Assembly (NCBI GenBank): GCA_030917815.1
Contig: JAUPTZ010000006.1
Coordinates: forward strand, 20,403 to 84,402
Origin: Candidatus Babelota bacterium
GTDB lineage: Bacteria > Babelota > Babeliae > Babelales > JAUPTZ01
DNA length: 64,000 nucleotides
Direction: 5' to 3'
Made by a program: the position numbers and the translations under genes. Below, piece after piece: positions 47,936 through 58,982 of this stretch (positions are counted from its first letter, which is position 1; every line of letters starts with the position of its first letter). The notes under the pieces are model-generated. The model saw only the letters and a list, made by a program, of their open reading frames with translations. It was not told where the DNA came from and made no database searches.

Positions 47936-50506
47936 TTATCCAAGCGCAATATATGCAAGGCTCCCTGGACCAGCAGCATCATCGGTATCAATCACCAGTT
48001 GTGCCGACGGCCTCAAAACAATAGTAAGCATTCCGCTTGAATCAGGAGTATTGTTAAAGCAAATACCAGCACTGCCAGGGCGAATAAAAGAACGATGATC
48101 GATGCGTAGAATGCCGGTTGAAAGCAGTAATGGATCATCTTCTCTATCTGACCGCCTAAACACTGCACCAATAAGCTCCAAGATTGCTGTTGCATCGTTC
48201 AATATAAAGTCGCTCGTACCAGCATGATTGTGATCGTAAATAATTCCATCGCGCAGCTGCAAACTCGACAAGCCCATAATAGACAGACCTTCGACCGAAG
48301 TATTATTAAATACTGCATCGGCAACACCGGAAATTATACAATTACCTTCAAACCTAAGTTGCCCACTCGCCCAATTAAAATCATTGCTCAATACAAGCTC
48401 TACATTATGCAAAACCAAGACATTCCCCGTGGATGCCGAAAGCTTACTTCCCGATAAATTAAGCAAGCGCCCATCGGAAATATGTAATTCGCTACCACTA
48501 CCAGAATCAAGTACAATAGCGGCATTCACATGACTAAAATCAATATCGTGTCCTTGTAAGTTTATATACATTCTTTCATTGCTAGCACCCGAACCGAATG
48601 TCATCTCTTTTCCTAGCTTTTGCGAAACTTCATCGGTCCAATTTTTGCGAAGCACTACCGTGGTATTGTCACCAAAATGGAGCCAATCTTCACCCCCCTC
48701 AAAACCCCACCATGGATCAAGCAGGCCATCAAGAATGATATTTTTCAGCGTTACTTGGGTAGCATCATATACGTACAGAAGCGGATCACCGAAGAGACTA
48801 TAGCCACGATCACCAAAAATAATCGACCTACCACAACCATCCAAAGTATAAGCAGCAGCCCCTCCAAACGTTATGCGAGATCCATTCGTTACTTCGGGAA
48901 CTTCCGGATATAAATAGATGTTTTTAGAGAGTCCAGCACCTTCAAGATACGTATAGTCGCTCACATACTTAAGCGCATCAATATCATCGCTCAACGTATC
49001 AATATCGTTAAAAATGGTTGTAATATCACTATCCATAGCATTGATAGCCCCTTGCATCACCGCAAGCTGTGCACCAGAAGTAAGTTGCGCCACACGACCA
49101 TCGGAGTGGGCAAGATCAAAGCCAGTTATATTGGTATCATCGCTGGACCCCAACGTATCGTACCAAACCGTTGCCGCGCTAGAAATAATACTTGAGCTTT
49201 TCATAATAAGATGGTGTGAACCGGTTATTACCGTCAATGGCCCCGTAACATTTATCCCGCCACCCGCGACACTCCAGTCAACGGTTTCACTCAATGTCAC
49301 GTTCATATTCGACCAGGTCATACTCCCACCAGAAAAGTCAAACATGTCAGCAGATAAAGAGGTAAGGAATAGATTAGACAACGCTAATACACCAGTAGCG
49401 ATGTCAAAAACACCTGTGCTTAAATTAAGTCTATAACCATTACCGTTCACGATGCTATCCCCGTTAAACGTCCATGTCCCTGCAATAGTCAAATTATTTT
49501 TCAGCTCAATAGTAGTATTGGAGAAAATTGCATTACCTCCAAAAACATCAATCACATAGCCGCTGTCTTCACGTGCGGTCATTGAGCCATTAATAAAAAT
49601 GCTGTTGTACCCATCCTCAGATACCAGATAGCAATTAACAAAACGCCACATACCTTGCCCAACAAAAGTTCCTGATGAAATATTAGTTAAGACACAATTT
49701 ATAAAAGTCACCGTGCACTCACCACCATCAATAGAAGACCCGCCCCCAAAGGTAAATTGATTGCCATTACCATTCACATACCCATCATCGCCAAAAGTAA
49801 TACAAGCATCGCTTGAAAGCGTTACCGGACCGGTAAGAAAAAGATTTGGCTCATACCATATAAGATTGTTGTCAAAATACACATTGTTCCACTGATTACC
49901 ACCTATGTAGAGCGAATACCCAGCGAAGTCAACGATATCAGCACCACCATTACCATGGCTTGTTACAAAATATTCCGGCGCGAGATGAAGATCGGCACCT
50001 AAAACAAGCTTTGCTGCATAACCGTCGCCAGAGGCCAGAGCAATAGATGCTGCGAGGTCACCAGAAATATTAACGAGCACCGCCTTATCATTACCTATCT
50101 GAATTGAGTTATTAAAAGTAGACCCAAGGCCCTGCAATACACTTGGATGGTCAAGCGTGCCATTAACAATAATTTGCTCTGCAACCGGCAACCCACTGAG
50201 CTCCATCATTTGATCATCACCGAGCGTAATAGAACTCCCTATGGTCACCGATCCGGTAACAACCATAGATTCTTGCTCATCAGCAGTATCAACGACAATT
50301 CGTGTTTCACTACAAACCGGCGTCCCACTTAATGTGCCGCCAGTTTTTTTAATAAGGCCACCAGTAAGCTGGGCCGAGTTGAGATTCAGTATGCCATCCA
50401 ATAGCACTACGCCCGACTCATTCCCTAGCTCAATGTCGGCCTGCAACGCATGCGACATACACATAAGAGCAAAAATTGATATCATCAGCATTGCATGCTT
50501 TTTCAT
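47936..50506 (-). CDS. Secreted Pmp/autotransporter-passenger-like repeat protein, subfamily 1 (856 aa), no barrel domain
   Basis: Signal peptide MKKHAMLMISIFALMCMSHALQA. Repeats such as VFGGNAIFSNTTIELKNNLTIAG (GGxI/FxxN-like). It carries the shared C-terminal module. Confidence 0.85.
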   Translation of the reverse strand: MKKHAMLMISIFALMCMSHALQADIELGNESGVVLLDGILNLNSAQLTGGLIKKTGGTLSGTPVCSETRIVVDTADEQESMVVTGSVTIGSSITLGDDQMMELSGLPVAEQIIVNGTLDHPSVLQGLGSTFNNSIQIGNDKAVLVNISGDLAASIALASGDGYAAKLVLGADLHLAPEYFVTSHGNGGADIVDFAGYSLYIGGNQWNNVYFDNNLIWYEPNLFLTGPVTLSSDACITFGDDGYVNGNGNQFTFGGGSSIDGGECTVTFINCVLTNISSGTFVGQGMWRFVNCYLVSEDGYNSIFINGSMTAREDSGYVIDVFGGNAIFSNTTIELKNNLTIAGTWTFNGDSIVNGNGYRLNLSTGVFDIATGVLALSNLFLTSLSADMFDFSGGSMTWSNMNVTLSETVDWSVAGGGINVTGPLTVITGSHHLIMKSSSIISSAATVWYDTLGSSDDTNITGFDLAHSDGRVAQLTSGAQLAVMQGAINAMDSDITTIFNDIDTLSDDIDALKYVSDYTYLEGAGLSKNIYLYPEVPEVTNGSRITFGGAAAYTLDGCGRSIIFGDRGYSLFGDPLLYVYDATQVTLKNIILDGLLDPWWGFEGGEDWLHFGDNTTVVLRKNWTDEVSQKLGKEMTFGSGASNERMYINLQGHDIDFSHVNAAIVLDSGSGSELHISDGRLLNLSGSKLSASTGNVLVLHNVELVLSNDFNWASGQLRFEGNCIISGVADAVFNNTSVEGLSIMGLSSLQLRDGIIYDHNHAGTSDFILNDATAILELIGAVFRRSDREDDPLLLSTGILRIDHRSFIRPGSAGICFNNTPDSSGMLTIVLRPSAQLVIDTDDAAGPGSLAYIALG

Positions 50507-50602
50507 AAAACTTCCCCTTGGCCTAAACTGCTTGAGTTCTGTGTATAGCCAATCAGAAAAAACAAATACAACGCTTACCAAAAAAGCTTAGAAAATCTTT
50601 TT

Positions 50603-53245
50603 CTAGGCAGGATTTTGATACGTGACCGTACCAGCACTTGCTACACCATCGCTACCAACAAAAAGAAGGCCGCCAGGCCGCACAATTAAATCAAGAGTCG
50701 TTGATGTTTCAGGAAACCCAGTAGCATAGCCGATTATCATTCCATGATCGCCAGGAACTAAGTATGATTTTTGATCCACAATAACCGTACCATTCGTAAG
50801 AATTAAGGATGGCGCATCAATGGCACTTTGATTAGATCTCCTAAATTTGGCTCCCATAAGTTCCAAAATCGAAGTCTTGTCTGTCATAGCAAAATTATCA
50901 ATACCGTCATTATCATGGCTATACACGATACCATCATGAAGTGTTAACGTCGCCATTGAAGCTATGGTAAACGTATTGGTCGAACAATTTGAAAACACTG
51001 TTCCTGCTGGTCCAGAAATTGAACATGTTCCTTCTATGACTAAACCGCTGAAGTATGCCGAATCTTCTGAGTCAACTGAAGACCACGTAAAATCATCAGA
51101 CAATTCAAGATCAACCGAGTCCAAAATAATAGTACAGTTATAACCGGCCTTAAGCTTTCTGCCCGATAGATTAATGAGGCGACCATTCTTAATACGCAGC
51201 TCGCTACTCAAGCTGTTATCAAGCACAATAAGTGCATTTTCATGAGCCATATCAATAGTGCATCCATTAAGATCTAAAGTCGCTTTGCAGCCACCAGCTC
51301 CTACCGCGCTACCGAAATGAAGCGTCTTGTTCAATGCATCAATACCAATCCAATCATTATGCAAGCGCACCAGAGTATCTGAACCAAAATAGAGCTGACC
51401 TGCCACCGTATAGAAATTATTTTTTATTCCATCAAGGACAATGCGCCGTAACTCAACAGTTGTATCTAAAGCTATCGTCATCAAATTAGGATAGATGCCG
51501 GCCTGTCCACCCCCTGAAAAAAATATGGTACGTCCATACCCATCAAAGCTAAAGCTATCACCACCATTAAACGTAAGCGAAGCGCCAGCAATTCCATCAT
51601 CTACTATTTCAGGATAAAGATAGATGTTCCGCTCTAAACCACACGGTGTCGAGGCAGAAGTAATGGTATAATTACTTACGCTAACCACATCTTCAAGATT
51701 GGAAATACTCGTATTCATAGAAGAAAGAGTGCTGTCTATCACAGAAAGTTCGCCACTAATCCCCCCCAGATCTCCAAAAATCGTACCTATGTAACCATTT
51801 ATCACTGCAACATCTTCACCAGACGCAACTCGCGTAACGCGTCCCAAACCGCCAAAGCCGGCTACGTTAGTAGCATCATTCGTACCCAGCGTGTCATACC
51901 ACAACGTAATATTGGAAAGAATCTCCGACCCAGCATTAACCGTAAAAGAATAGTCACCGGTTATAATAGTTGTTGAGCCAGCAATTTGCACCACCTGCCC
52001 ACTCAAAGACCAATTAATACTTTCAACAAGCACCATCGTAACACCGGAAAGAACAAGTACGCTCGCAACATCGGCCACCGAGCTAGAGCTAACATGATCC
52101 CATAGCAAATCACAGAGCGCTAACGTACCGGTCGCGGCAATGGTAAAACTCCCAGCGAGCATATCGAGACGAAACGTTTGACCATTAATCGTTATAACAT
52201 CATCGCCATCGGTCGTGCCCAGAGACCACTCACCCTCAAGACCCAAATTCTCATTAAGCGTCATCGTACCGCGACGAAAAACAACATCACCACCAAAGAG
52301 ATCGAACGACCCAGCAAGAGTACCGGTAATGGTAACCGAACCGCCAGCTACACCATTGAGTATACAGTTATCAAATATCCAATTCCCCACCCCTGCAAAA
52401 CTTACACCTGAAACATTCTCAAAAATCAAATCGGTCATGTGCACGTCATAGCCTCCATTATCTATGATCGCACCCTCTCCAAAATAAAATCGATTACCTT
52501 GCCCAGAGAACTTGGCATTGCCGCTCAAGGTAATAACATCATCAGCGGCTAGCATTACCGGACCAGTGATCTGTACATTTGCATCGGTAAACGTCATAGG
52601 CCCATATATATAAAGCAATGAGTCCTCCGTCCCACCAATAGCCATGCAATGCCCATTAAACGCCACGGTATTTATAGCGTTAGCTGGAGTATCGGCCTGA
52701 ACGCAACACCCGGTGTTAAAAATCAAGTCTGAATCAAGAAGCAGAGAGGCCGACTCGGCAGATAAGGTTTCAAACCAAATCTCTGAATTCAACGTACCGG
52801 AAAGATTAACTCTCAATGCACACAGGGAATCAATATTAATCTCAGCAATAGTTCCACCAGAACCATATAATATGCTCGGTGTACCAGTATTAGCACCAGA
52901 AACCTTGAGACTTTCATTAATAGTATCGCCATTTATACAAAGTTTTTGATTGTCCCCGAGCTGAATATGGGAGCTAAAATCTACTATGCCGTCGGTAACC
53001 ATCGATGTACGACTTATTAGAGCCGTTTGAATGCACATATTGGTACAGTGAGGAGTGCCTGCCAATACCCCTCCAGCATTGATAAGGACGCCGTCGGCCA
53101 AAACCGCAGACCCAAGATCGAGTCTGGCCGCATTACCCACGGTAAATCCGCCACCACCGCCACCAAAGTTGATACGGCTCTGAACCGTAGCAACACTCAC
53201 TACACTTACTAGCAAAGACAAAATCAACACTATAGAGCTTTTCAT
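50603..53245 (-). CDS. Secreted Pmp/passenger-like repeat protein, subfamily 1 (880 aa)
   Basis: Signal peptide MKSSIVLILSLLVSVVSVATVQS. It has the same architecture and C-terminal module as its neighbours. Confidence 0.85.
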   Translation of the reverse strand: MKSSIVLILSLLVSVVSVATVQSRINFGGGGGGFTVGNAARLDLGSAVLADGVLINAGGVLAGTPHCTNMCIQTALISRTSMVTDGIVDFSSHIQLGDNQKLCINGDTINESLKVSGANTGTPSILYGSGGTIAEINIDSLCALRVNLSGTLNSEIWFETLSAESASLLLDSDLIFNTGCCVQADTPANAINTVAFNGHCMAIGGTEDSLLYIYGPMTFTDANVQITGPVMLAADDVITLSGNAKFSGQGNRFYFGEGAIIDNGGYDVHMTDLIFENVSGVSFAGVGNWIFDNCILNGVAGGSVTITGTLAGSFDLFGGDVVFRRGTMTLNENLGLEGEWSLGTTDGDDVITINGQTFRLDMLAGSFTIAATGTLALCDLLWDHVSSSSVADVASVLVLSGVTMVLVESINWSLSGQVVQIAGSTTIITGDYSFTVNAGSEILSNITLWYDTLGTNDATNVAGFGGLGRVTRVASGEDVAVINGYIGTIFGDLGGISGELSVIDSTLSSMNTSISNLEDVVSVSNYTITSASTPCGLERNIYLYPEIVDDGIAGASLTFNGGDSFSFDGYGRTIFFSGGGQAGIYPNLMTIALDTTVELRRIVLDGIKNNFYTVAGQLYFGSDTLVRLHNDWIGIDALNKTLHFGSAVGAGGCKATLDLNGCTIDMAHENALIVLDNSLSSELRIKNGRLINLSGRKLKAGYNCTIILDSVDLELSDDFTWSSVDSEDSAYFSGLVIEGTCSISGPAGTVFSNCSTNTFTIASMATLTLHDGIVYSHDNDGIDNFAMTDKTSILELMGAKFRRSNQSAIDAPSLILTNGTVIVDQKSYLVPGDHGMIIGYATGFPETSTTLDLIVRPGGLLFVGSDGVASAGTVTYQNPA

Positions 53246-53396
53246 GGACCCCCCCAGCACTATTAAACTTCAATACTGAGTATATACCGTACCACCAAAA
53301 GCCAACTCAACGCTTAGGAAAAACGAGCGAACAAACCTTTCACTAGCGGTTTTTTCCACTCCAAGCTTGCTAATGCCTCGCTGATAGCGCCATTAC

Positions 53397-55874
53397 TTAT
53401 GCGATATCCAACGTACCGGCGCTAGCTCCGGTACCAGTTCCAACATGTATGGTAGCTGCCGGCCTTATCTCAACCGTGAGACCGTCAAAATCAATGCCTT
53501 GGGCACCTGGTTGAAAATATGATTTATGATCAATAATAAGCGTCCCATCGGCAAGCACTAGTGGACCACCTGAACCAACATCAGGGCGCCTAAAGGTTGC
53601 ACCAATTAATTCAAGACAAGAACTACCATCGGACATGCTAAAATTAGCAGTGCCGGCATTATTATGACTGTATACAAGACCATCCATCAGCATAAGCCGA
53701 GCAGCACTCGCTATAGAGAGAGACGCGGTCGACGTATTATTAAGCACCGCGCCAGGAACCCCTGAAATTATACAATTACCCTGAATTTCAAGCGCTGCAT
53801 TGGCAAAGGTAAAATTGCCGTTAAGGCTCAATTCAACATTTGAAAGACAGAGGGTGCAGCCCGCCGGAACAATAAGTTTAGGACCGGTACCTGGATCATC
53901 CGCAAGATTTATCAGGCGACCATTCTTAATAGAAAGCCGAGACCCGGTACTACCAATTAACTTGATCAGTGCAGCCTCATCACTCATATCAATAGTTCTG
54001 CCGTTAAGATCAAGCTCCACACTCTCATTAGTGGCGCCCGTTGCTTGACCAAAGGTCAATGCTGTGGTCAGATTATCAACGCCAATCCAATCTTCATGCA
54101 GCCTAACGGTAGTTTGATCGCTAAAACGGAGAGCATCTACAGCCGGAAGACTCAAATGCGCCGGCTTTAATCCTTCAAAAACTATATTAAACGTTTTAAC
54201 AACGGTTCCGCTCACAATCGTAAACACCGTTTGCCCATCCATGCTCGACGAAGTATGAGGAAAGAATAACGTGTGACCATGCCCATCATACTCCACAGTA
54301 CCACTCGCATCAAAAGTAATAGTATGCCCTGAAATCCCATCATCATCAGGGCACAAATATTCATCACTTCCCAAATCAACGTTCGCAGCAATAGTCACAT
54401 TACCAAAGACCGATGATTCAACAAAAAGCACCCGCCCCGTGCCAGTGAAACCGACAAGATTTCCGGCATTAGCGGTACTAAGTGTATCATAATAAGCGGT
54501 CACGCCATTCAGCACACTCGTCCCTGCAGAATAGGGTACCGTTAGCGTATGCGAGCCAGTCACCACGTACAATGGACCATCAACGGTCAGGCACGTGTCG
54601 TACGCACCCCACTCAACATCGGCCGCGTAAAGGAACATGGTTACCCCTGCAAGAGACACGGTACCGGTCGTGGTATCGCCAAGAGAGGCGGTTTTAACAT
54701 TTTTAAGAATCACATTATGCAATCGCAACGTCTTAGTATTTGCAACACTTAATGTTCCGGCCGAAAGATCGAGATGATGTCCGTTGCCTTCGATTACTGC
54801 ATTGTCGGTAAATGACCAGGTTCCTTGGAGAGCAACATCACCATTGAGCGCAATGGTTGATGCACCAAAAGTCACCCCACCACTCCCAAAAACATCAATC
54901 GCAGCTCCGGTCATAGACCCGTCAAGAGTGATACTATTGTTACTGTTCTGTAATGTAGTATTGGTACAGAACCAAACACCATCAGCAGCTACATAGGTAT
55001 TCGCAAGGCTTGTAGAGGTTAAGCCAGTCAAAATAATATCGACCAGGCAGATAGTGCTATCGTCATCAATAGCAAGCACCGAAGTCTCATCAGTAAAATT
55101 CAACGTATAGCCATAGCCATTGATATGTCCTCCACTACTCAGCGCAACCGTAGTCGCTTCATCGATACTCAGCGGACCGGTTAATATAACGCTTGGCATA
55201 ACCCACTGCATATTACCGGCAACCGAAGCGTAAGAAGTACTTTCACCGCCGATAAAAAGACTCCCTCTATCAAAAGAAAGTATACCGATTACATTGGTCA
55301 ATCCCCCCGTAGCGTAGGTCGCATAAAATCCCGACCCAAAAGCCAGATAGAAGTCCTGCTCGAGAGCGACGCTCGAGCTCTGATCATTTGAGGTAAAATG
55401 AAAATTAATATTTACACCCAAGGGGCTCGACCATCGCAGATTTAATTGAGACGCCGGATTAATCTTAATATCTGAAGCGAGCCACCCAAACCCTTCAAGA
55501 ATGCTCGGGGTACTTGAGCCACCCGTAATGTTTAAGGCTTCATGTACACTGCCACCTGCTACCGTGAGCTTTTGATTGTTACCTAGTTGGAGGTTAGAAG
55601 TCGGTGTAAGCGTGCCATCGGTAGTAATTTTTTTTATATCGGTACCATCCTTTACCTCAATAGTAACCGATGTGCACGTTAACGCGGAAGCACTAATATC
55701 ACCACTCTGCCGTATCATACCATCAATGAGCGTTGCGGTCCCTAGATTCAGGGTTGCTCCACTACTCACAATAAATCCTGACTCACGACTACCAAATTGA
55801 AGATTGGCCCACGTAGTCCCAAAAACTCCCCATGTAACCATCATAATAACCGAAAGACTAGAATAAAATTTCAT
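53397..55874 (-). CDS. Secreted Pmp/passenger-like repeat protein, subfamily 1 (825 aa)
   Basis: AGGAG SD, signal peptide MKFYSSLSVIMMVTWGVFGTTWA. By eye it is the paralog most similar to the 56022-58862 protein across most of its length. Confidence 0.85.
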   Translation of the reverse strand: MKFYSSLSVIMMVTWGVFGTTWANLQFGSRESGFIVSSGATLNLGTATLIDGMIRQSGDISASALTCTSVTIEVKDGTDIKKITTDGTLTPTSNLQLGNNQKLTVAGGSVHEALNITGGSSTPSILEGFGWLASDIKINPASQLNLRWSSPLGVNINFHFTSNDQSSSVALEQDFYLAFGSGFYATYATGGLTNVIGILSFDRGSLFIGGESTSYASVAGNMQWVMPSVILTGPLSIDEATTVALSSGGHINGYGYTLNFTDETSVLAIDDDSTICLVDIILTGLTSTSLANTYVAADGVWFCTNTTLQNSNNSITLDGSMTGAAIDVFGSGGVTFGASTIALNGDVALQGTWSFTDNAVIEGNGHHLDLSAGTLSVANTKTLRLHNVILKNVKTASLGDTTTGTVSLAGVTMFLYAADVEWGAYDTCLTVDGPLYVVTGSHTLTVPYSAGTSVLNGVTAYYDTLSTANAGNLVGFTGTGRVLFVESSVFGNVTIAANVDLGSDEYLCPDDDGISGHTITFDASGTVEYDGHGHTLFFPHTSSSMDGQTVFTIVSGTVVKTFNIVFEGLKPAHLSLPAVDALRFSDQTTVRLHEDWIGVDNLTTALTFGQATGATNESVELDLNGRTIDMSDEAALIKLIGSTGSRLSIKNGRLINLADDPGTGPKLIVPAGCTLCLSNVELSLNGNFTFANAALEIQGNCIISGVPGAVLNNTSTASLSIASAARLMLMDGLVYSHNNAGTANFSMSDGSSCLELIGATFRRPDVGSGGPLVLADGTLIIDHKSYFQPGAQGIDFDGLTVEIRPAATIHVGTGTGASAGTLDIA

Positions 55875-55968
55875 AGTACGCTCCTTGCACACATTGCCAA
55901 ACAGTTTCAATTGAGGCGCTAGTGATAGACAAACATAAGCCGCAAAGGCAACATTCTATAAAATATTA

Positions 55969-55994
55969 GTGGCCACCGATTTCTCGATGGCCAC
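55969..55994 (-). terminator. Hairpin downstream of the 56022-58862 gene
   Basis: gtggccaccga-tttc-tcgatggccac (one mismatch). It is followed on the minus strand by taatatttta. Confidence 0.45.
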
Positions 55995-56021
55995 CGCAAA
56001 AACGAAAGAGTGGTGCTGTTA

Positions 56022-58862
56022 TTAAGCAAGATCCACGTGAGTCAATGAACCAGCAGTCGCACCGGTACCGGTACCAACGTTAATGGTAGCACCAGGACGA
56101 ATCTCAATATTGAACGCAGCCGAATCTGTACCAAAGTCTATGCCCTTAGAACCAGGTTGAATGTATGATTTATGGTCAACAATCATAGTGCCATTCGTAA
56201 GCGCCAATGGATCGCCAGAGCCTAAATCGTGCCGCCTGAACGTTGCACCAATAAGCTCAATAACCGATGTTGCATCGGTCGTGACAAAATTGATAGTGCC
56301 CGCATTATTATGGTCATAAACAACACCATCCATTAAAGTGAGACGCGCATTACTTTGGATTACAAAATCATCGGCCGATGTATTATCAAACACCTTGCCT
56401 GATACTCCTGAGATTACACAGTGCCCTTGAATAACTAACGACGCATCAGCAAAAGTAAAATCATCATTCAAACCAAGCTGAACATTCTCAAGATATAACG
56501 TAGAACCGGCAGGAATAATTATTTTAGGACCAGTGGTGCCATCATCCGCAATATTAATAAGCCGACCATTCTTGATGTACAACGAAGAATCACCACCAAG
56601 ATCAGCGAGCAATTGGATAAGCGCCGACGAGCTAGACATATCAATAGTCTTTCCATTCAGATCTAGAACCATCACTTCACCAGTAGCTGACGCAGAACTA
56701 CCAAAGATCATTTCAGTCGCTAATGCATCTGACCCGGTCCAATCTTCATGCAAACGTACCGTTGTGTTATTACCAAAACACAAGCCATTCGCATCAACAA
56801 CGTTTAGATGAGCTGGCTTCACTCCTTCAAACACAATATTTGAGGTATTTACACCAGTGTCTGCCGTAACGGTGAATACAACCTGCGTGTCCAAATCAGC
56901 AGTAGTATACGGAAACATCAACGAACGCCCATGCCCATTATAGGCAATAGTGCTACCGTCAAATGTTATGGTACGACCAGCAACACCATCATCGGCAGGG
57001 AACAGATATTCGGTACGATCTAAATCGGCGTCGTCTGTAAGCGTAATGTTGCCAGTATTTGGTGAGTCAACAAACATCACACGACCGGTACCGGTGAAAC
57101 CAACAAGATTTGCACTATAAGGAGCGCTCAATGTATCGTAATAAGCCGTTACCCCATTCAACACACTCGTACCGGCCGAATTTGGCACGGTTAACGTATA
57201 TGATCCAGTAACTACATACAATGAACCATCAACTACCAGACAGGTATTGTAAGCACCCCATGCAACATTTGCTGAGCCAAGAATAATCGTCACATTTGAA
57301 AGATTTACCGTACCGGTAGTAACATCGGCAAGAGAAGCAGTTACAACGTTATCAAGGACTACATTACGCAGTGTCAACGTCTTACCGTTAGCAACGCTCA
57401 ACGTACCAGCCGCAAGATCTAAATGATGTCCGTTACCATCAATAACCGAGTTGTCGGAGAACGACCAAGTCGATGATCCACTAATAGTTACATCGCTTAA
57501 TAATTCAAGATTTACCCCATTAGACCAGGTCACACTTTCTGCGAAAATGTTTCCGGCCGATACGGTATTAGCAGGCAATGTTAAGGTTGCAGCACCTTCA
57601 CTAGTTCCTTGACTGGTACCACGAACATAAATCGCACCAACGTGAGTACTTGAATACCATTGTACGTCAGACAAAGAAATTGCGCGACCAGTTGCTGTCG
57701 TTGCAATTGACCCTGATGCCATTGCAGCAACAGTCATATTTTCAAGACTCAATGTTGACGAACTACCAATTGAAAGTACTCCGCTAAACACATTTCCACG
57801 ACCATTAATCGTTACGCCGCTTGAGTCTGCAATTGTCCACGTGCCACCAAGAGTAACATCTTTGTTCAATGCAAGACGTGAAGTACCAAATGTAGCTGCA
57901 CCACCAAAAATATCAACGGCCGAGCTTACCGGTACAATAGAACCATCAACGGTAATCGAATAAGCACTGGTTTCAAATGTCGCACCAACACAGGTCCACG
58001 TACCAGAACCGGCAAAACTTGCCGATGTAATAGTACCTAAAACAACATTATTCAGCGTAACACCATAGGTAGCATTATTAAGAATAGAACCGCTATTAAA
58101 ACTCAAGCGGTTTCCGTTACCTTCGATCATTGCAGCAGAACCCAACGTAACAGTCTTGCTACTTGCAATGCTTACCGGACCGGTCAATAAGACATCGGCA
58201 GCGGTCCAGGTTTGATTCGTTGAGATGCTTGTGGCACCAGATGCCGCATCACCACCCATTGCAACACGACGTCCATTAAAATTCAAGGTGTCGGTCCCTG
58301 TTTCTGCCGAAATCATACGAATGCCAGCGGCAAAAGTCAGATCTTGCTCAAGCTTAACCGTTGCCGTACTTGCAGCACCCGCATTCAAGCTCAAATTTTT
58401 ATTAAGTGGACCGGTCCAACGCAAATTAAGTTGTTTTGCATCGCTTACCGAAATATCGGCTGCAAACGATCCAAATCCTTCTATAATGCTTGGTGTCGCC
58501 GTAGCACCAGCAACCGTTATTGTTTCGGCTACAGTACCACCAGCTACGAGCAACTTATCGTTATTACCCAACGATATCGCTGAACCAATCGTCACCGTAC
58601 CATCGGCAGTCATCCTTTTGAGTGCGGTACCATCCTTAGCTTCAAACGTAATACCGGTACAATCCATTGATGTCCCCGTAATTGAACCACCAACATCACG
58701 GAGCGATCCGTCAACTAATGTCGCGCCACCAAGGGCCAACGTTCCAGCGCTTACTACAAAACCAGATTCTCGGCTGCCAAAATTAACATTCGTCCATGCA
58801 GTACTCGCTATACTGCACGACAAAATTAATATTGCAGCGATATTTATCGCTATTTTTCTCAT
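56022..58862 (-). CDS. Secreted Pmp/passenger-like repeat protein, subfamily 1 (946 aa)
   Basis: AGGAG SD, signal peptide MRKIAINIAAILILSCSIASTAWT. It contains one extra internal repeat module relative to the 825-aa paralog. Confidence 0.88.
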   Translation of the reverse strand: MRKIAINIAAILILSCSIASTAWTNVNFGSRESGFVVSAGTLALGGATLVDGSLRDVGGSITGTSMDCTGITFEAKDGTALKRMTADGTVTIGSAISLGNNDKLLVAGGTVAETITVAGATATPSIIEGFGSFAADISVSDAKQLNLRWTGPLNKNLSLNAGAASTATVKLEQDLTFAAGIRMISAETGTDTLNFNGRRVAMGGDAASGATSISTNQTWTAADVLLTGPVSIASSKTVTLGSAAMIEGNGNRLSFNSGSILNNATYGVTLNNVVLGTITSASFAGSGTWTCVGATFETSAYSITVDGSIVPVSSAVDIFGGAATFGTSRLALNKDVTLGGTWTIADSSGVTINGRGNVFSGVLSIGSSSTLSLENMTVAAMASGSIATTATGRAISLSDVQWYSSTHVGAIYVRGTSQGTSEGAATLTLPANTVSAGNIFAESVTWSNGVNLELLSDVTISGSSTWSFSDNSVIDGNGHHLDLAAGTLSVANGKTLTLRNVVLDNVVTASLADVTTGTVNLSNVTIILGSANVAWGAYNTCLVVDGSLYVVTGSYTLTVPNSAGTSVLNGVTAYYDTLSAPYSANLVGFTGTGRVMFVDSPNTGNITLTDDADLDRTEYLFPADDGVAGRTITFDGSTIAYNGHGRSLMFPYTTADLDTQVVFTVTADTGVNTSNIVFEGVKPAHLNVVDANGLCFGNNTTVRLHEDWTGSDALATEMIFGSSASATGEVMVLDLNGKTIDMSSSSALIQLLADLGGDSSLYIKNGRLINIADDGTTGPKIIIPAGSTLYLENVQLGLNDDFTFADASLVIQGHCVISGVSGKVFDNTSADDFVIQSNARLTLMDGVVYDHNNAGTINFVTTDATSVIELIGATFRRHDLGSGDPLALTNGTMIVDHKSYIQPGSKGIDFGTDSAAFNIEIRPGATINVGTGTGATAGSLTHVDLA

Positions 58863-58982
58863 ATCACTCTCTCCTTGTTTGAAGATATTCAGGGGACCCT
58901 AAAGGGGGTAGCCAGTGATAAAAGAGGATCGACTAACAATGCAACAGTTTATAAAACAAAATAAAAAAGATTGGTGCACTAC

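Noticed and set aside
58225-58902. 225-aa plus-strand ORF antisense to the 946-aa repeat-protein gene. Many similar 60-180-aa ORFs overlap the large genes, for example 5113-5640, 20740-21273, 28634-29023, 30509-30982 and 42651-43127.
   Set aside because: All are nested inside long, well-supported ORFs on the other strand or frame. They have low-complexity or stop-poor shadow-frame character and lack SD sequences. I treated them as non-coding.
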